Shown piece after piece: positions 10,577 through 22,573 of a stretch of 31,782 nucleotides of DNA. The first letter of the stretch is position 1; each line of letters opens with the position of its first letter. Source of the DNA: Rhizodiscina lignyota (lineage: Eukaryota); NCBI GenBank assembly GCA_010015805.1, contig ML978122.1, positions 558,001 through 589,782 on the forward strand, read 5' to 3'. The position numbers and the translations under genes are program-made. Below the pieces are notes generated by a model. The model ran no database searches and was not told the DNA's origin. It saw only the letters and a list, made by a program, of their open reading frames with translations.

Positions 10577-11828
10577 ATGGCATCCAATCTCCCAAAGACG
10601 TACAAGGCCGTCGTTATCGAAAAGGCCGGTGCCCCATGGACGATCAAAGATGTTGAACTCAAGATGCCGGAGCATGGCCAGATCCTCATCAAAGTTCACG
10701 CTTGTGGTGTCTGCCACAGCGATGCAGCTGCTCAAGCTGGTCATATGGGCCCTCGGTGAGTTAATGGCTCTCTAATTCTAAAGGCCCATTGTCCGTTTAG
10801 TTCTGCAAATTGTGAAAAGTCTCCAAGATATCATTAACATAGACTAACTTTTCATATTAGCACGAAATTCCCTCTCATTCCTGGGCACGAAGTCATTGGC
10901 ACTGTTGCCGCGGTTGGCCCCAATGAGCGTAAATGGAAAGAAGGCGAGCTCGTGGGTGGACCTTGGCATGGTGGTCACGACGGCATATGCAAGACTTGCA
11001 TGAGAGGCGATTACCAGATGTGCGACACCGAAGAAATCAACGGCGTTACAAGAGATGGCGGTTACGCACAGTACTGTATCCTTCGGTCTGAAGCTGTTGT
11101 TCGCCTACCTGAGGGAATTGACCCGGCTGAGTACGCTCCACTGCTCTGGTAAGCATCTCCAACCGTACGAAGACGAAAATGCGAAATGCTCATTGATTTT
11201 CAGTGCTGGTGTGACAGTCTTCAATGGTATACGCAAGCTCAACATCCGACAAGGTGGCACCATCGCGGTTCAAGGTCTCGGAGGTCTCGGCCACTTAGCC
11301 CTCCAATATTCACGCAAAATGGGTTACCGCACAGTGGCGCTTTCTTCCTCGGATGCGAAGCGTGACTTTGCCATGAAGTTGGGAGCCACGGACTACGTCG
11401 ATGGAAGCAAAGAGGATGCGGCAACAGCACTTCAGAAGCTTGGTGGAGCCGATCTAGTGGTTATTACCGCACCAAACCCGACGATTATGGGCCCATTGCT
11501 GAACGGCTGTGCACCAAGAGGGAAAGTTCTGATCCTTGCTCGTACGTATCTCCGATTTCCTTGATGCTAGCTTCGGTTCTATGAACTGACCATTGCTACA
11601 GCCGTCGGTGATGTTCCTGTCAGTACGATCGCAATGATTGGAAAAGGACTCTCAGTCCACGGGTGGCCGTCGGGTCATGCCGTCGATTCCGAGGATGCCA
11701 TTGCTATGGCGCAGGAACAAGGAATCAAGGTCATGATTGAGAAGTTCCCCTTAGAGAAGGTTGCCGATGCGGTGCAGCATATGCTGACCAGTAAGGTGCG
11801 ATTCCGGGCTGTTTTGACAATGGATTGA
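10577..11828 (+). CDS. Zn-dependent medium-chain alcohol dehydrogenase (CAD-like), ~343 aa; an upstream in-frame ATG at 10469 is possible
   Basis: Exons 10577-10755, 10861-11148, 11204-11541 and 11602-11828. Motifs CGVCHSD, PGHEVIG, DGICKTC...C, LLCAGVTVFN, GLGGLGH. Confidence 0.93.
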
Positions 11829-12331
11829 ACGTAGATGATAAACAGTAGAGACTGGTTGGAACTGGCGCTTGTGTCGATATACCAGTGATTCTAATGACGG
11901 GTTTCTTAAAACAACAGTTCTGGATTATTTTGCCTCTTCCTCTCATCTTACACTATATCAAACTCACGTGATTCGTTTCGGGAACTGAAATACCATCGCA
12001 GCCGGCGAAGATATGGAATAAAGCAAAATATCCGCGACCGACCAAGTTTAGAATGATCGCTAGCCGTTCAACCACTTGTATTGATGAATGCGATGCTTCT
12101 TCCCGCTTGCAATGTGGAGTTCCAGCTGAACAAGGCAATACTGCCATTGGATGCGCAATCCAAAACTTCTTATTGGCGAGGCTGCCGACATTGAGGCCCA
12201 AAATCAATTCAGGCTACCCATTGATAACTCAGTGATGAGTTTCTGAGGGAGGATAACAGTGTTACCACTCGCATGATGGGATTTTAACTTTCCTTCGAAC
12301 TGAACTTGAACGTGGATGGCACCATTTCGGG

Positions 12332-14025
12332 ATGAGCTCGGTGGTGAATGGCACAGGAGCTGTGAACTGCACTCGCGCAGCTTCGGTTGACATTGCGAGT
12401 TACGATTGCAATTGGTGGTGGGACGCTGATTGTCCATGTCCGGCATTGATTGCTAATTCGGATATTGCTGGGCCTGGTGTAAGTGCAATACTCCGCCTCG
12501 TTAGTGTGATAATATGACATGGGACTGTGTTGACCGATGCGTAGGTTATTATTTCCTTCGTTGTCACTGCATCCTTGACCCTTGCCACTGTCGCCTTACA
12601 CATCATTATTGCAGAGTTTGGACGAATGCCAAAGAACAAACTCGACGCGGCGATATGGCGCATGCTGAGATTCGATAACGACGCAAATCGTGCTCGCCGC
12701 ATATCCCATCGTCGCAGGCTCTGGAGCAATATCCTGGAGCAGATCGTAGTCAGTCTGAGCGATCAGCAGCTTGTGACAGGGCTCTCGATCCTCATTGTTG
12801 GGTGTTCCATGAACTCATACGGTACCATCGACGTTTACCATTTTGTCATTGTCACGGATCTCGCGTGGTTAAGCGCAAATACTCATGCGATGTCTCTTAT
12901 TCTAACGCGACGTTATCTGAGACAAGCCAGGAGAGACCCAAGAGACGATGATACATCAGATCATGACAGCATGTGCCTGTATGAGTCGGATCGTGCCGGT
13001 CATCGCTCCCTCATTGGTCTGACAGCATGGCGAATGCTGTGCATATATTCAACAGTAGCGATGCTGCTCTTTGGTCTCGTCGACACGACGTATGAAGATC
13101 TTTACGATTCGTTTGCGTGTCCAATAAGGTGCATGCCGCTCAATGATCCAGGCTCCACTTCATTGCGCGCGACGATTTTTCAAATTGCTTCCTTGACTTG
13201 GGGATATGGACGGATCCTCGCTGAGACCCTGGTATTGAGAATTCGCCTGCCGGAAAACGTGGTAACGGCAATAAAAAGGACGTGGATGGGCTGTTCCATT
13301 GTGAGAGGAATTGAATGGACCCTGATACTGCTTCTTTCGTCAACCTGGACAGTCTTTGAGCAGTTAGTTTGGTTCGGCATCGGAACATGGGTATTGTATT
13401 CGGACCTCAGTTGGGGCAGATCACTCTTGAGCAAAGAGCAGTTGCAGATAGAGAAGGAGTGGGGATTCGGACAATTGGTGCCGCTTCTCCTGCTGATGCT
13501 CCCATTTATGAATGCAGCACAGGCATACGTCGGTAAGCTTAATCTCAGCATCTGGAATCTCAATCTCTGACAAAGTCTCCAGGGCAAGCCCGAGAAGCAC
13601 CTTCTCCCCATGATACAGAATCACTCGGAGTAGATCAGCCTCCTAGATTTGAAAGAGCGGTGCGAACAACTGGAGCGATCCCAATGGAAGCTGTTCCAGC
13701 TGAGGCAGTTCCAACTGGAGCAGTCCGTACTGAAACCGTTTCCACAGAAGTAACACCAAATGAAGCAATTCCGACTGTGGAAGAGAAATCGACTGAGAAA
13801 GAAATCAAACCGAGAGGAGATTTTGCCACTGAAGAGCCTCGGAGGAAACGGATCTCAACAGAAGGAATATTCGGACATAACGAATCTTTTGTATCACAGG
13901 CATTAGATAACCAACAAGGTCCTGCATTTCATGTTGATTTTGCGGATGCTCAAAATGGTGATAGGGTGATTCGACAGCGACATACCCCTACAGGTATTGA
14001 AGAGAAACTTGTCTACGATATATAA
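12332..14025 (+). CDS. Uncharacterised fungal multi-pass membrane protein, ~525 aa
   Basis: Exons 12332-12478, 12545-13532 and 13583-14025 join in frame. Several hydrophobic helices. The motifs NSDIAGPGV.ISF, LSDQQLVTGLSIL, YHF.IV..LAW.S..TH and WGFGQLVPLLLL.LP match a common Pezizomycotina family of unknown function that I recall. Confidence 0.82.
13669..13773 (+). repeat. Degenerate 15-bp coding tandem repeat (7 units)
   Basis: Encodes TGAIP MEAVP AEAVP TGAVR TETVS TEVTP NEAIP in the C-terminal tail of the membrane protein. Confidence 0.7.
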
Positions 14026-14339
14026 TGAATACTGTCTATATCGATGTGTGGCATCAGCACTCGTCATGTAAGATAAGAACTTCGATGTTCTCCTTGATGG
14101 CACAGAAAATTCAATCTTACAGGCGACAGCGCTAGGACTATTTCGGTTGGCGGCCTTTATCGTATCCCTGGTTTGGGAAGAACGCTAATTGGCCACCCTA
14201 CCGAGATATCCTCCTTGTATATCTACCGCCTTGAACCTCAAACTCAGCCTCCGCTGTGACCCTACATATTGTCGAAGCTGCTCTGAAATCACCATGATAG
14301 CTTTCCTCTTCATGGTCGCTCCTTGGCAAAGGAGTAGCC

Positions 14340-16502
14340 ATGAACGAGAACTCTCATTTCAACCAGACATATGATTTGGACTCCTTTCATCTGTTAAGCC
14401 CTTCACTCTTAGATGCCCATCAGTTAAACTCGTCCCCCACGACGCAAGACCCATTTGGTATCGCCGCGGGTCTTCATGTTAGCTCATTCGAATTGCTTGA
14501 TGAGAGCTTTGTACCGGGATTAGCAGCTCCACCAGATGGCTCTCCGAGCCACGGCCCGCCAATCGCGTCTCAGTGGGAAAGCCTCAATTACATTGCCGCA
14601 TCTGCAGGGCATGAGGATGAGCGCAAAGAGGGTCTTAGGACTAACAGAGAAGAAAAGAACAATGAAGAAGTCGATACCGCAGTTCCATCTTCTGGAAACA
14701 ACAGTGGCCTTGCGAATCCGTCCCACGCACCAGGCCTGTCCCACTTCGACGATCTCTCCATCGATCCGAAGCTCACGCTCCTGGACGCAGAAACTGATGT
14801 ACTTGGTGGGACTTCTCTTAACAAACACAGCGACGGAGCAGCTCTCGAGCTGACTGTTGCGCTCCCCGCCCGCGAGAAGAACTGTGGAAAAATAGAACTA
14901 CCCAAAGGAGCAAAGACCAAGAAGCGTCGAAACAGGCTCCCAGAGAGAGCAAAGGATCAACTAAAAGCGTGGTTTGATGTTCATAGTGATTCTCCGTACC
15001 CCTCTACAAAAGAGGCTACAGAACTGGCGGATAGAACCGGTACCACCTTCCAGCAGGTGAAGACGTGGTTCAATAACACTAGGTCACGACTCATACCAAG
15101 ACGTACGTATTTTGTATATTAGTCCATACGCTTGCCATGGTAAGATAATAACAAAAGCGCTGCAGATAAGCCAGAGATACCCCAACATCCTGCGTTGACC
15201 TCTTCGGCTTTGGAGACCGTGTCAAAGGCATCGGGTAGCAACCACTCTCTGGATTCTATCAGACGGTTCCTACATGATCCACGGAATCCCGCCGAGATCG
15301 ATCTTGTGGAGAATTCTTCACTATCAGCGCTACCCGAGACAGACACGAGGCCTGCCCAGTTGAGCGAGCCGTCTTTGTGGCCTGCTGGTACCCAGCAAAC
15401 CAAGGCTATCTCTGTGGCCGACAGCGATCACCTCTCTATGTTTTCTCGCAAATCTGCATTTTCACGCAAATCTGCATTTTCAAGTAAGAGCAATATCTCT
15501 GGAAGATCTTACTTTTCCTGTAAATCTTGGATATCCTCCGGTTCCTGCCAGAGCGGAAAACTTTCTGTTGTGAGTGGCATTACTCGGCGAAGAGGAAAGC
15601 GCCAGTACTCCCGAACGATGTCTAAAGTCTCACGAAGTGCCTCCAAGTTTCCATGCACTTTTTGCTCGATCGGTTTCGATAACGAATGGAACTGGAAGCG
15701 CCACGAAAGCACTCATGTCCCCCTTGCTGATAAGTGGATTTGCATGCCCGACAACACTCCAATCGAAAATACGATCTGCCTCTTTTGCCACTTGGGCCCT
15801 ACGAGTCTCGATCCTTCTCATCTCGAGGAACACAATGTGAATTTCTGCTGCTCAAAGCCGCTTGGAGAGAGAACGTTTGGAAGAAAAGACCTACTCCAGC
15901 AACACATCGATCTCATCCATCGAAAGGGTAAGGGAAAGACGGTTAATAGTAAAGTTGTCAGCACACTCTTGGCTGGATGGCATCAAGAGGCAACACTATC
16001 TGAATTTCACGACATGCCAGACGCGTTGTGGTGTGGTTTCTGTCACAAATTCATCAACTCCTGGAAAGAACGATTGCGACACATTGAGAATCATTTTTGG
16101 AACGGACGATCAATAGAAGCATGGAAACCGCTTTTTACTGACCCAGGAAATGACCGAAGATACATCAGGTGGAATGACGCTCTCGAAGTTTTCACATGGG
16201 CATTCGATGTTGTCGAAGAAAGAATCCTAGATGAACTCAAATCTGCCGTTGCCTCAAATGATTTGTGCGATCTGAAGCCCCTGTGGAAGAGGCTTGAACA
16301 TATCCGCAACCTAATGCCTTGGGAAGATCTAAGTCATGTGCCCGAAACAACCTATCATTTCTGGGATGTACTCGAAACGATGGCTAACATTTCATATCCG
16401 CGACGCGCAGTCTGTTCTGAACTTCTCGGTTACGCGATTAGAATTTCTCCTAACCCAGGCATTTTAGAACACTGGAAACGAGAATTCGGCGGAACCTTGT
16501 AG
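14340..16502 (+). CDS. TALE-type homeobox plus C2H2 zinc-finger transcription factor, ~699 aa
   Basis: Intron 15103..15165 joins the two ORFs in frame. Homeodomain RRNRLP...LKAWF..H...PYPS...QVKTWFNNTRSR. Zinc fingers FPCTFC..F....NWKRHESTH, W.C...C..C...H...H, TF.RKD.L.QH...H and CGFC...W.ERL.HI..HF. Confidence 0.92.
15441..15482 (+). repeat. 18-bp coding tandem duplication (FSRKSA x2 plus a partial unit)
   Basis: ttttctcgcaaatctgca ttttcacgcaaatctgca ttttca. Confidence 0.8.
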
Positions 16503-17048
16503 CTCGGAGTAATACTTCAAGCCTATCTGTCAAATGCATATGCCATCATGATAATCTTTCTGTCTCATCTCGATCAGTTCATCGATAGAAAATATGCACA
16601 CGTAATTCGCAGTTCCGAGCTCTGACGTATGGAGCTGTAGGATTTTGACCAATGCCACACCCGTCTTTCGTGTCAATCAGGATTAAAACCCGTTGATTGG
16701 AGATCAAGTCTTTCTGTGAAAGGGTGGTACAAGTACAAGGCAAGGACTAGCCAACCCGCCGACATTCGTCAGCTCAGAAAAGACTGTCAGGAATTAGACA
16801 TAATCTTTCGAGGAACATATTTTATCAGTGGTACAGTATGCCCTGTCTGAAATACGGTATCATTCTCCCTTTGGCACACATGGTAGATGGTGCTACAGTT
16901 CTTCCATGTGAAGTTTGGTCTTAACTTGATTCATTCAGTTGTAAACCAGTAACGCCATGTGATATTCCGCCACACTGACAATCCCAATGCTCATTCTACC
17001 ATCCTAGCATAATCATTTCTTGCTTGATATCCGAACCGAAATGTTCCG

Positions 17049-17614
17049 CTATCCATTGAGTGGGTTCTCAGTCTCCTCCAAAATGCCCTCCTTCACCAAG
17101 GCATCCGGCTTCGGCCGGCTCTGCAAGTGCTTGTCCAAACTGTCCCTACGCATCTGCTTCTCGAGCTCTCGCTGGTTCGCAACAATTCCTGGTGCCGCAT
17201 TCGAGTCGGGGAGGATATTACCTGTTCGTAAAACGGTCAGCCTATGCATCCTCACAATCTCACATCCTCCTCCCACTCTCTCCCCCACCTCCAACTACTG
17301 GAATCAAACACCACAGGGGGAAAGAGGTGCAACTCACGCTCCACAAGCGTATCCCGGTCCATCCTCTTCTCCAGCCCCTTCTTCAAGTTATCCGTCGCGA
17401 GCTGCCGCTCCAGCTCAATCTGCTTGCTCTGCAGCGCGGGCGCGGCGCTCGTGTCGAGCAGGATATTGCGGTTCTTCAGGTCCTGCGCCTCGGGGCGGTG
17501 CTGCAGGTGCTTCTCCAGCGAGTACCGGCGCTGCATGCCCTCGCGGACGGGCGAGATGGGGCTCTCGTCGACGGCGGGCTCGGCGGTTGTGGAGATGGGG
17601 TCGGTGGAGGCCAT
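17049..17614 (-). CDS. Small RPEL-repeat protein, ~149 aa
   Basis: Exons 17614-17338 and 17221-17049 (intron GTGAGT...CTGAC...CAG). Three RPEL-like repeats: LEKHLQHRPEAQDLKNRNIL, LKKGLEKRMDRDTLVERNIL, LDKHLQSRPKPDALVKEGIL. Confidence 0.9.
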
Positions 17615-19118
17615 GATGTTAGAGTTTGGGGTGACTGTGGGGTTCTTGGAGGGTTGGTTGTTTGGAAATAAGCTGTGAGAGGACGGAGAGCTTGTTATGT
17701 TGGAGCTTCGGAGCTTGGTGGAGGGTCGAGTGGGAGCTTCGAGGGACAGCTGCACTCCGCAAAGGGAAGGCTGTGCTAGCGGGTATGACGCAGTAGCGCG
17801 GCCGTTGATCTCGTGGGGTGATCGTGCGGCTCGAACTTGGAACGATGACAACAGCGGCTTGTTCGATTCGACCAAGCTTTGAGAGCCGTGACGTTGTGCT
17901 TTCTCTCACAACTCAGCGGCACCAAGGACTTGAAGTTTACATATCAGATCACGCGCCTGAGTCGTTGCTTTGTTTCCCTCGTGCCAGTCGTGCATGCAGG
18001 GATTTGCGGGGCAACGAGCAACAACGCATAACGGGCAGGGATCAGGCGTAGTCAGGCACGACGAGTTGGTAAATTTAGAAGAGAAAATTCTGCAAGTGTC
18101 GAGCCAAATCTTATAGATACACTTGGAATTTCGTATTATCTCAAGGTGCCCAGTACGACTTCGCGGAAGAGGTTGTTGTTCAGGGGGAGAGTGTGCATTT
18201 CTGCGAACATTGGCGTACACACATCTAGAGTTGGGATAGAGGTTGCTTCTCCGATGCTTAAATGCTTACTCGGGAGCAGTTTGGGCTAGAGAAAGGGCTC
18301 TTTCGACTTGATGAGAATACGGAATGAAAATCTGCCATCCCTGCACATGGATCTCTATGCTTTGGACCGGCAATGTGCGGAGAGATTATATTTCACATTC
18401 CGGCCTGATATCATAACCTCTGCGGAGTGGTCATTGCCAAAATCTTCCATTTTTCAAAGCTCAGCCTGTTGGCTGGTGTATGGGATATCCAAAGCGCTGT
18501 TAGCCCAGCGTCGACGCTAGGCTTCCGCGATGCATGCATGATCGCTATGCAAGTTGACTACTAGAGTATAAAAAGGTAGGTGAGAAATTTTTAAATCTAA
18601 CTTCATTACGCCCAGACATGCTCATAGCTCATTACCCCAGCCGCTCTACGCCGTAGAGCTACACGCCGGCGCAGTGATGGTGGTCGCTGCCGAAGTGACG
18701 GTCTCGGAGCACTTCACGACGGGTCCGGCACCTTCGTTGACGGTCGTCAGAGCACAGCCCTTGCAGTCGGTGTAGCGAGGAACAGTATGAGTAGACTTGT
18801 AATGCGTGCAAGTGCCGTCCGCAATGTTCTGGAATGGAATGCGTTCGATAGCGGTGACCGTGCAAGTCGGGCTGGGAGAGCAGATGTCGACGGTTGCGGT
18901 GGCGATGCCGCGGACAGTGGTCTTCTCCTCGCAGGGCTACAAAATAATGTCAGTAACATTCCGACTTTAAGATGGCAGCGAGGAGGCTTACGATGCCAAC
19001 GCCGAGCTCGCGAGTGGTGAGAGCGCAGCCGCCGCAGTCGGTGAACTTGCTGAATGTGATGGTGGATGACAAGAAGGTGCAGTCCGTCTGGATCGGCGGC
19101 TGCTTAAGCAGGGTCTTT

Positions 19119-19126
19119 GTGCAGGT
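19119..19126. repeat. Target-site duplication GTGCAGGT (left copy; right copy at 22574-22581)
   Basis: Identical 8-mers directly abut both TIRs, and 8 bp is the hAT hallmark. Confidence 0.95.
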
Positions 19127-22100
19127 CAGCGTGGCGCTTCGACGCATCCAAACGCATCTAAACCGCGTCGGCGGGGGTCGCATCTAAATAGCGTCGGCTT
19201 ATAAATCATCGAATTGCATCGAGATTAATATATATTGAATAGATTTGCTACTGATAACAGATTCATATGGTGTTGAGCGCGCTTTGAGCGCGCTAGCGAG
19301 CGAAATTCGACGAAATTGCTGTAAATTCACTATAAATCTAAAAGCGAACAGTTAAGTTTAAACATTATAAATTAGATATTATCTATAGTAATTAGATAGT
19401 ACGAATTTGCACTGATTAGTATATCAATCCAGGTTATCGCCGTCATCTTCGCCTTCGCCTTCAGCACTCTCTAATTCTTCTTCCTTCGGATGCTAGTTCT
19501 CGAAAGGTTTAAGGCCAGCTTACTCCCAACTTCGAAGGCATTCGATCGCCTCAACTGTATGTTGTTTAAGCTTAGATCTCGCCTTAGTCACTATTCTACC
19601 GGCTGCACTAAAATGACGCTCAACATCTAATGACTATACTAGGATTCCGAGGTAGTCAACGGCTATTTTGCATAGGATCGGGTATTCGTCCTTGTTAGAT
19701 AGCTACTACTTGAGAATATCGATATTCTTTACAGGAATAAGGCGTTGTTCATAGCGTTCTAGCTCGCTACAAACGGTAGGTTGATCGGGCGCGAGTATAT
19801 CGAGATTATCGTGCTCTAGCTTAGCATATTTCGTAAAGTAGTGACTCTCGCGCTGCTGTGTACCTGTACTAGCTAGTGCTAGAGGAAGTTGCGAGTTATT
19901 AGCATCGTTAGATACTTGAGACTCTGGCCCGAATACTGCATAGTACTTCGCGTACTCCTTATTAATAAGGCTTCTAACAGTAGTTATCTAGATACTCTTC
20001 TCCTTCTAGTACTGTTTAAACTACTGTATACCGAAGCGAGGGTCTAGGAAGGTAGTAAGGCGGTATGCTAGTGTTCGATCGGAGAGAGCGTAGTACTTAT
20101 CGAGTTTCTTCTATATCGCCTCCACCACTTTTATAGCGAACCTAGAGCCCTTATCGCGCTGTATCTGCTCTTTCTTCTTCTCTAGTCTCTTAAGCATATA
20201 CTCTATAGTCGGTAGCTACACCGCTAGGCTTGCATTAGTGTAATTTCCTTCAGTATATTCGGTAGCGAAGGCGAAGGGTTCTAAGAGGGTTTTGATAACG
20301 GCGAGGTCGTGCCACTCATCTTGCGAGAGTATATCAAGAGCGAGATTATGCTTATCTCGCTTCTTAGACTTATCTCGAAGAGCGCGCTGGTAGTAAATAT
20401 CGATCGCATCGCGAAGTTTAAGGGCTATCCAAAATTAGCAAATAGTTAAAAAAGGCTTTCTATACGAAGAACTAGCTCTGACATTTTACTATATGAATTC
20501 ATATAGTGAAATGTCAGAGCTAGTTCCTCGGAGGGACTTCGGAGCGATAAAGATAAAAACTAATTGAAAAAAAGGGGTCGTCACGACTGACGGCGGCATT
20601 AATATTAACTACTACAAGTAGTATTATATCAATTATATACTAGTAGCCTAGGAGATACATCTTAGGCTTACTGTAAATTGAATATAAAGGCTTCCTATCG
20701 TTATTGTAGTACTGTATTAATAAGAGTGATCGGAGGTGACGAATTGTAGCCAGATCAGGCTTGTTTCGCAGTAATATTATAGCAATATAAACCTGAAACA
20801 TATAGCAACTTGTAAAGCAGTAATAAGAGCGAATTATAGAGTATGACTAACCTTTTTTAAGCATTGAATACGTACTGTTCTAGCGCGTGGCAACCTCTTT
20901 TACGACTATTAGAGTCTTATCTAGCTCTACTTCTTTCTCTAGCTAGAGGAAGGATTTGACGCGTTGACTAGAGGCTGTGATGTGAGTAAAGATATTCGCT
21001 ACCTTCCTAATCGCATAGAGTTTACGCCTGGCTACGAGGTGTTTCGGCTTATTAGAGAGTGCATTTCGCTACGCCTGTTCTGCTAGCTCTTCCAGGTTAT
21101 TATCATCAATCTCTTCTTGATCTTCCTTCTTGTAATTCATAAACAAGCCGGCCTTAACTGCTAGATTGATAATATGGCCTAAACAACGCAGTCTCTTTAT
21201 TATATAATCCCCTAGGCCTTTGTAGCGCTCGTGAAGCTCTTCTACAGCTGTATCGTTGTTGCCGGCGTTATCGAGTATATAGTAGCTAAGCATACTAGAG
21301 ATTCCGTAGCGCTTTACGGTTTGGTCAACATACTTAGCGATATTCTCGCCTAAATGCCGGCTAGGAACGTGAGGAAGGCCGATAAGGATGCTACGCCGTT
21401 CGTAGTAAGAAGTTACATAGTAAGCAATAATCCTACATAGAGAGAGGTGATTTCCGGAGCTCTATATATTAAAAGCTAGTATAATGAGTCCTTTAGTACT
21501 ATAGAGCTCAGTTCGAATAAGGCCGGCGTATAATGCTATAAACAGCAAGATAAGCTACTTAGCGATAGTATAGTAGTGACTTGGTGCGATCTGGAAGGTA
21601 TTAGGATTCGCAAGATTTAGAATTAAACGATATGACTAGTGTACTGATACTCGAAATGAGATGCAGTAGAGAACAACCTAGCGGCAGTAGTGTATAATAT
21701 ACTACTACTGATCGACTTTAGGATAAGCTGTATTAGTCGCCTGCTTTATTAGAGCGTCGATCTAGTGTACACTCCTTAGGTAATACGCTGAATTCGTAGT
21801 GCCTTAGAGTGAGAATTTGATGATATCGTGCATTTTACGCTTAGGATCGTGATTGAAATAGTAAGGGCATATCCAGAATCTCTTACAAGATTCACCTAGT
21901 AGCGGAGGAGGATCTTAACGCTCTTTGCCAACAATACCGTGGCTATAAATCCACGAGCGCTGCTGGCCACCTTTCGCTCCTAGTAGTGCTAGAGGAATAA
22001 GAATGAAATAGTCAAGGATCTTCTTATTGATTCGCACGCCGTAAAACAGTATAGTCGTTCGAGTATCTACTGAGCTAGCTAGACGCTTAGAAGGTTGCTG

Positions 22101-22573
22101 CTTCGAATAACTCGCGTTAGGATTCGACGCTGGAGTTATATTAGTTCGGGCGCTCGAAAGCTCGCTAGCGGTAGCAATTAACGGCGGTATATTGAAATAA
22201 TAGAAGCAAGAATGACAGATTAGCAAGAAAATAAAGAGATAATAAGGTAAAGAGCAAGGTGGTTGCCACAAACGAGAGATCCTTTGGGGTGCTGAACGAG
22301 ATGTCCGCCCGGAATAAAGTAAATCCGGCCTGAAACCCCCTCCCAAATACTCACCAGACCCACCCCTCTGGTTCGGCTCCAGCATCTCCGACGCTATATC
22401 TCAGCTGAACAGCTTAGGCGAATAAATTAAAAGAATATACAAAGCGTTTAGATGCATCTAGATATTATCTAAACGTCATTGAAAAGATCAGTCAGCTTCG
22501 ATGCGAATAGATTCGATGCAAATGGTTCAATATCTGAAGTCTACTCCGACCGTCGCGTCGGAGCGCCACGCTG
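19127..22573 (-). mobile_element. hAT-superfamily DNA transposon, full length (3447 bp), RIP-mutated; copy 1
   Basis: 19-bp TIR CAGCGTGGCGCT(T/C)CGACGC at both ends and an 8-bp TSD GTGCAGGT (19119-19126 and 22574-22581). It has a TpA-rich interior and a transposase remnant. Confidence 0.96.
19424..22190 (-). pseudogene. hAT transposase pseudogene (BED finger, DDE core, hATC dimerisation domain) with many TAG/TAA stops and a 427-nt intron
   Basis: Motifs SWIYSHG...FWIC...TTNSAY.L..VH, LDNAGNND, RLRCLGHIINLAVKA, VATR*NSTYSML and YPILCKIAVDYL...VERHFSAAG...RSKL...VEAIECLRSW. The probable start ATG is mutated to ATA (22190). Intron 20425..20851. Confidence 0.92.

Noticed and set aside
16125..16200. 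HSF-like stretch (DPGNDRRYIRW) at the homeobox protein C-terminus
   Set aside because: The resemblance covers only a few residues and the downstream HSF motif (SFVRQLN.YGF) is absent.
17020..17875. Several long overlapping ORFs on the + strand
   Set aside because: They are antisense shadows of the GC-rich RPEL exon and show no recognisable motifs.
21915..22385. 156-aa ORF duplicated at 30138..30608 (and the 74-aa ORFs at 21069 and 31230) as novel genes
   Set aside because: They are stop-bounded fragments of the RIP-mutated transposase frame and its upstream sequence.
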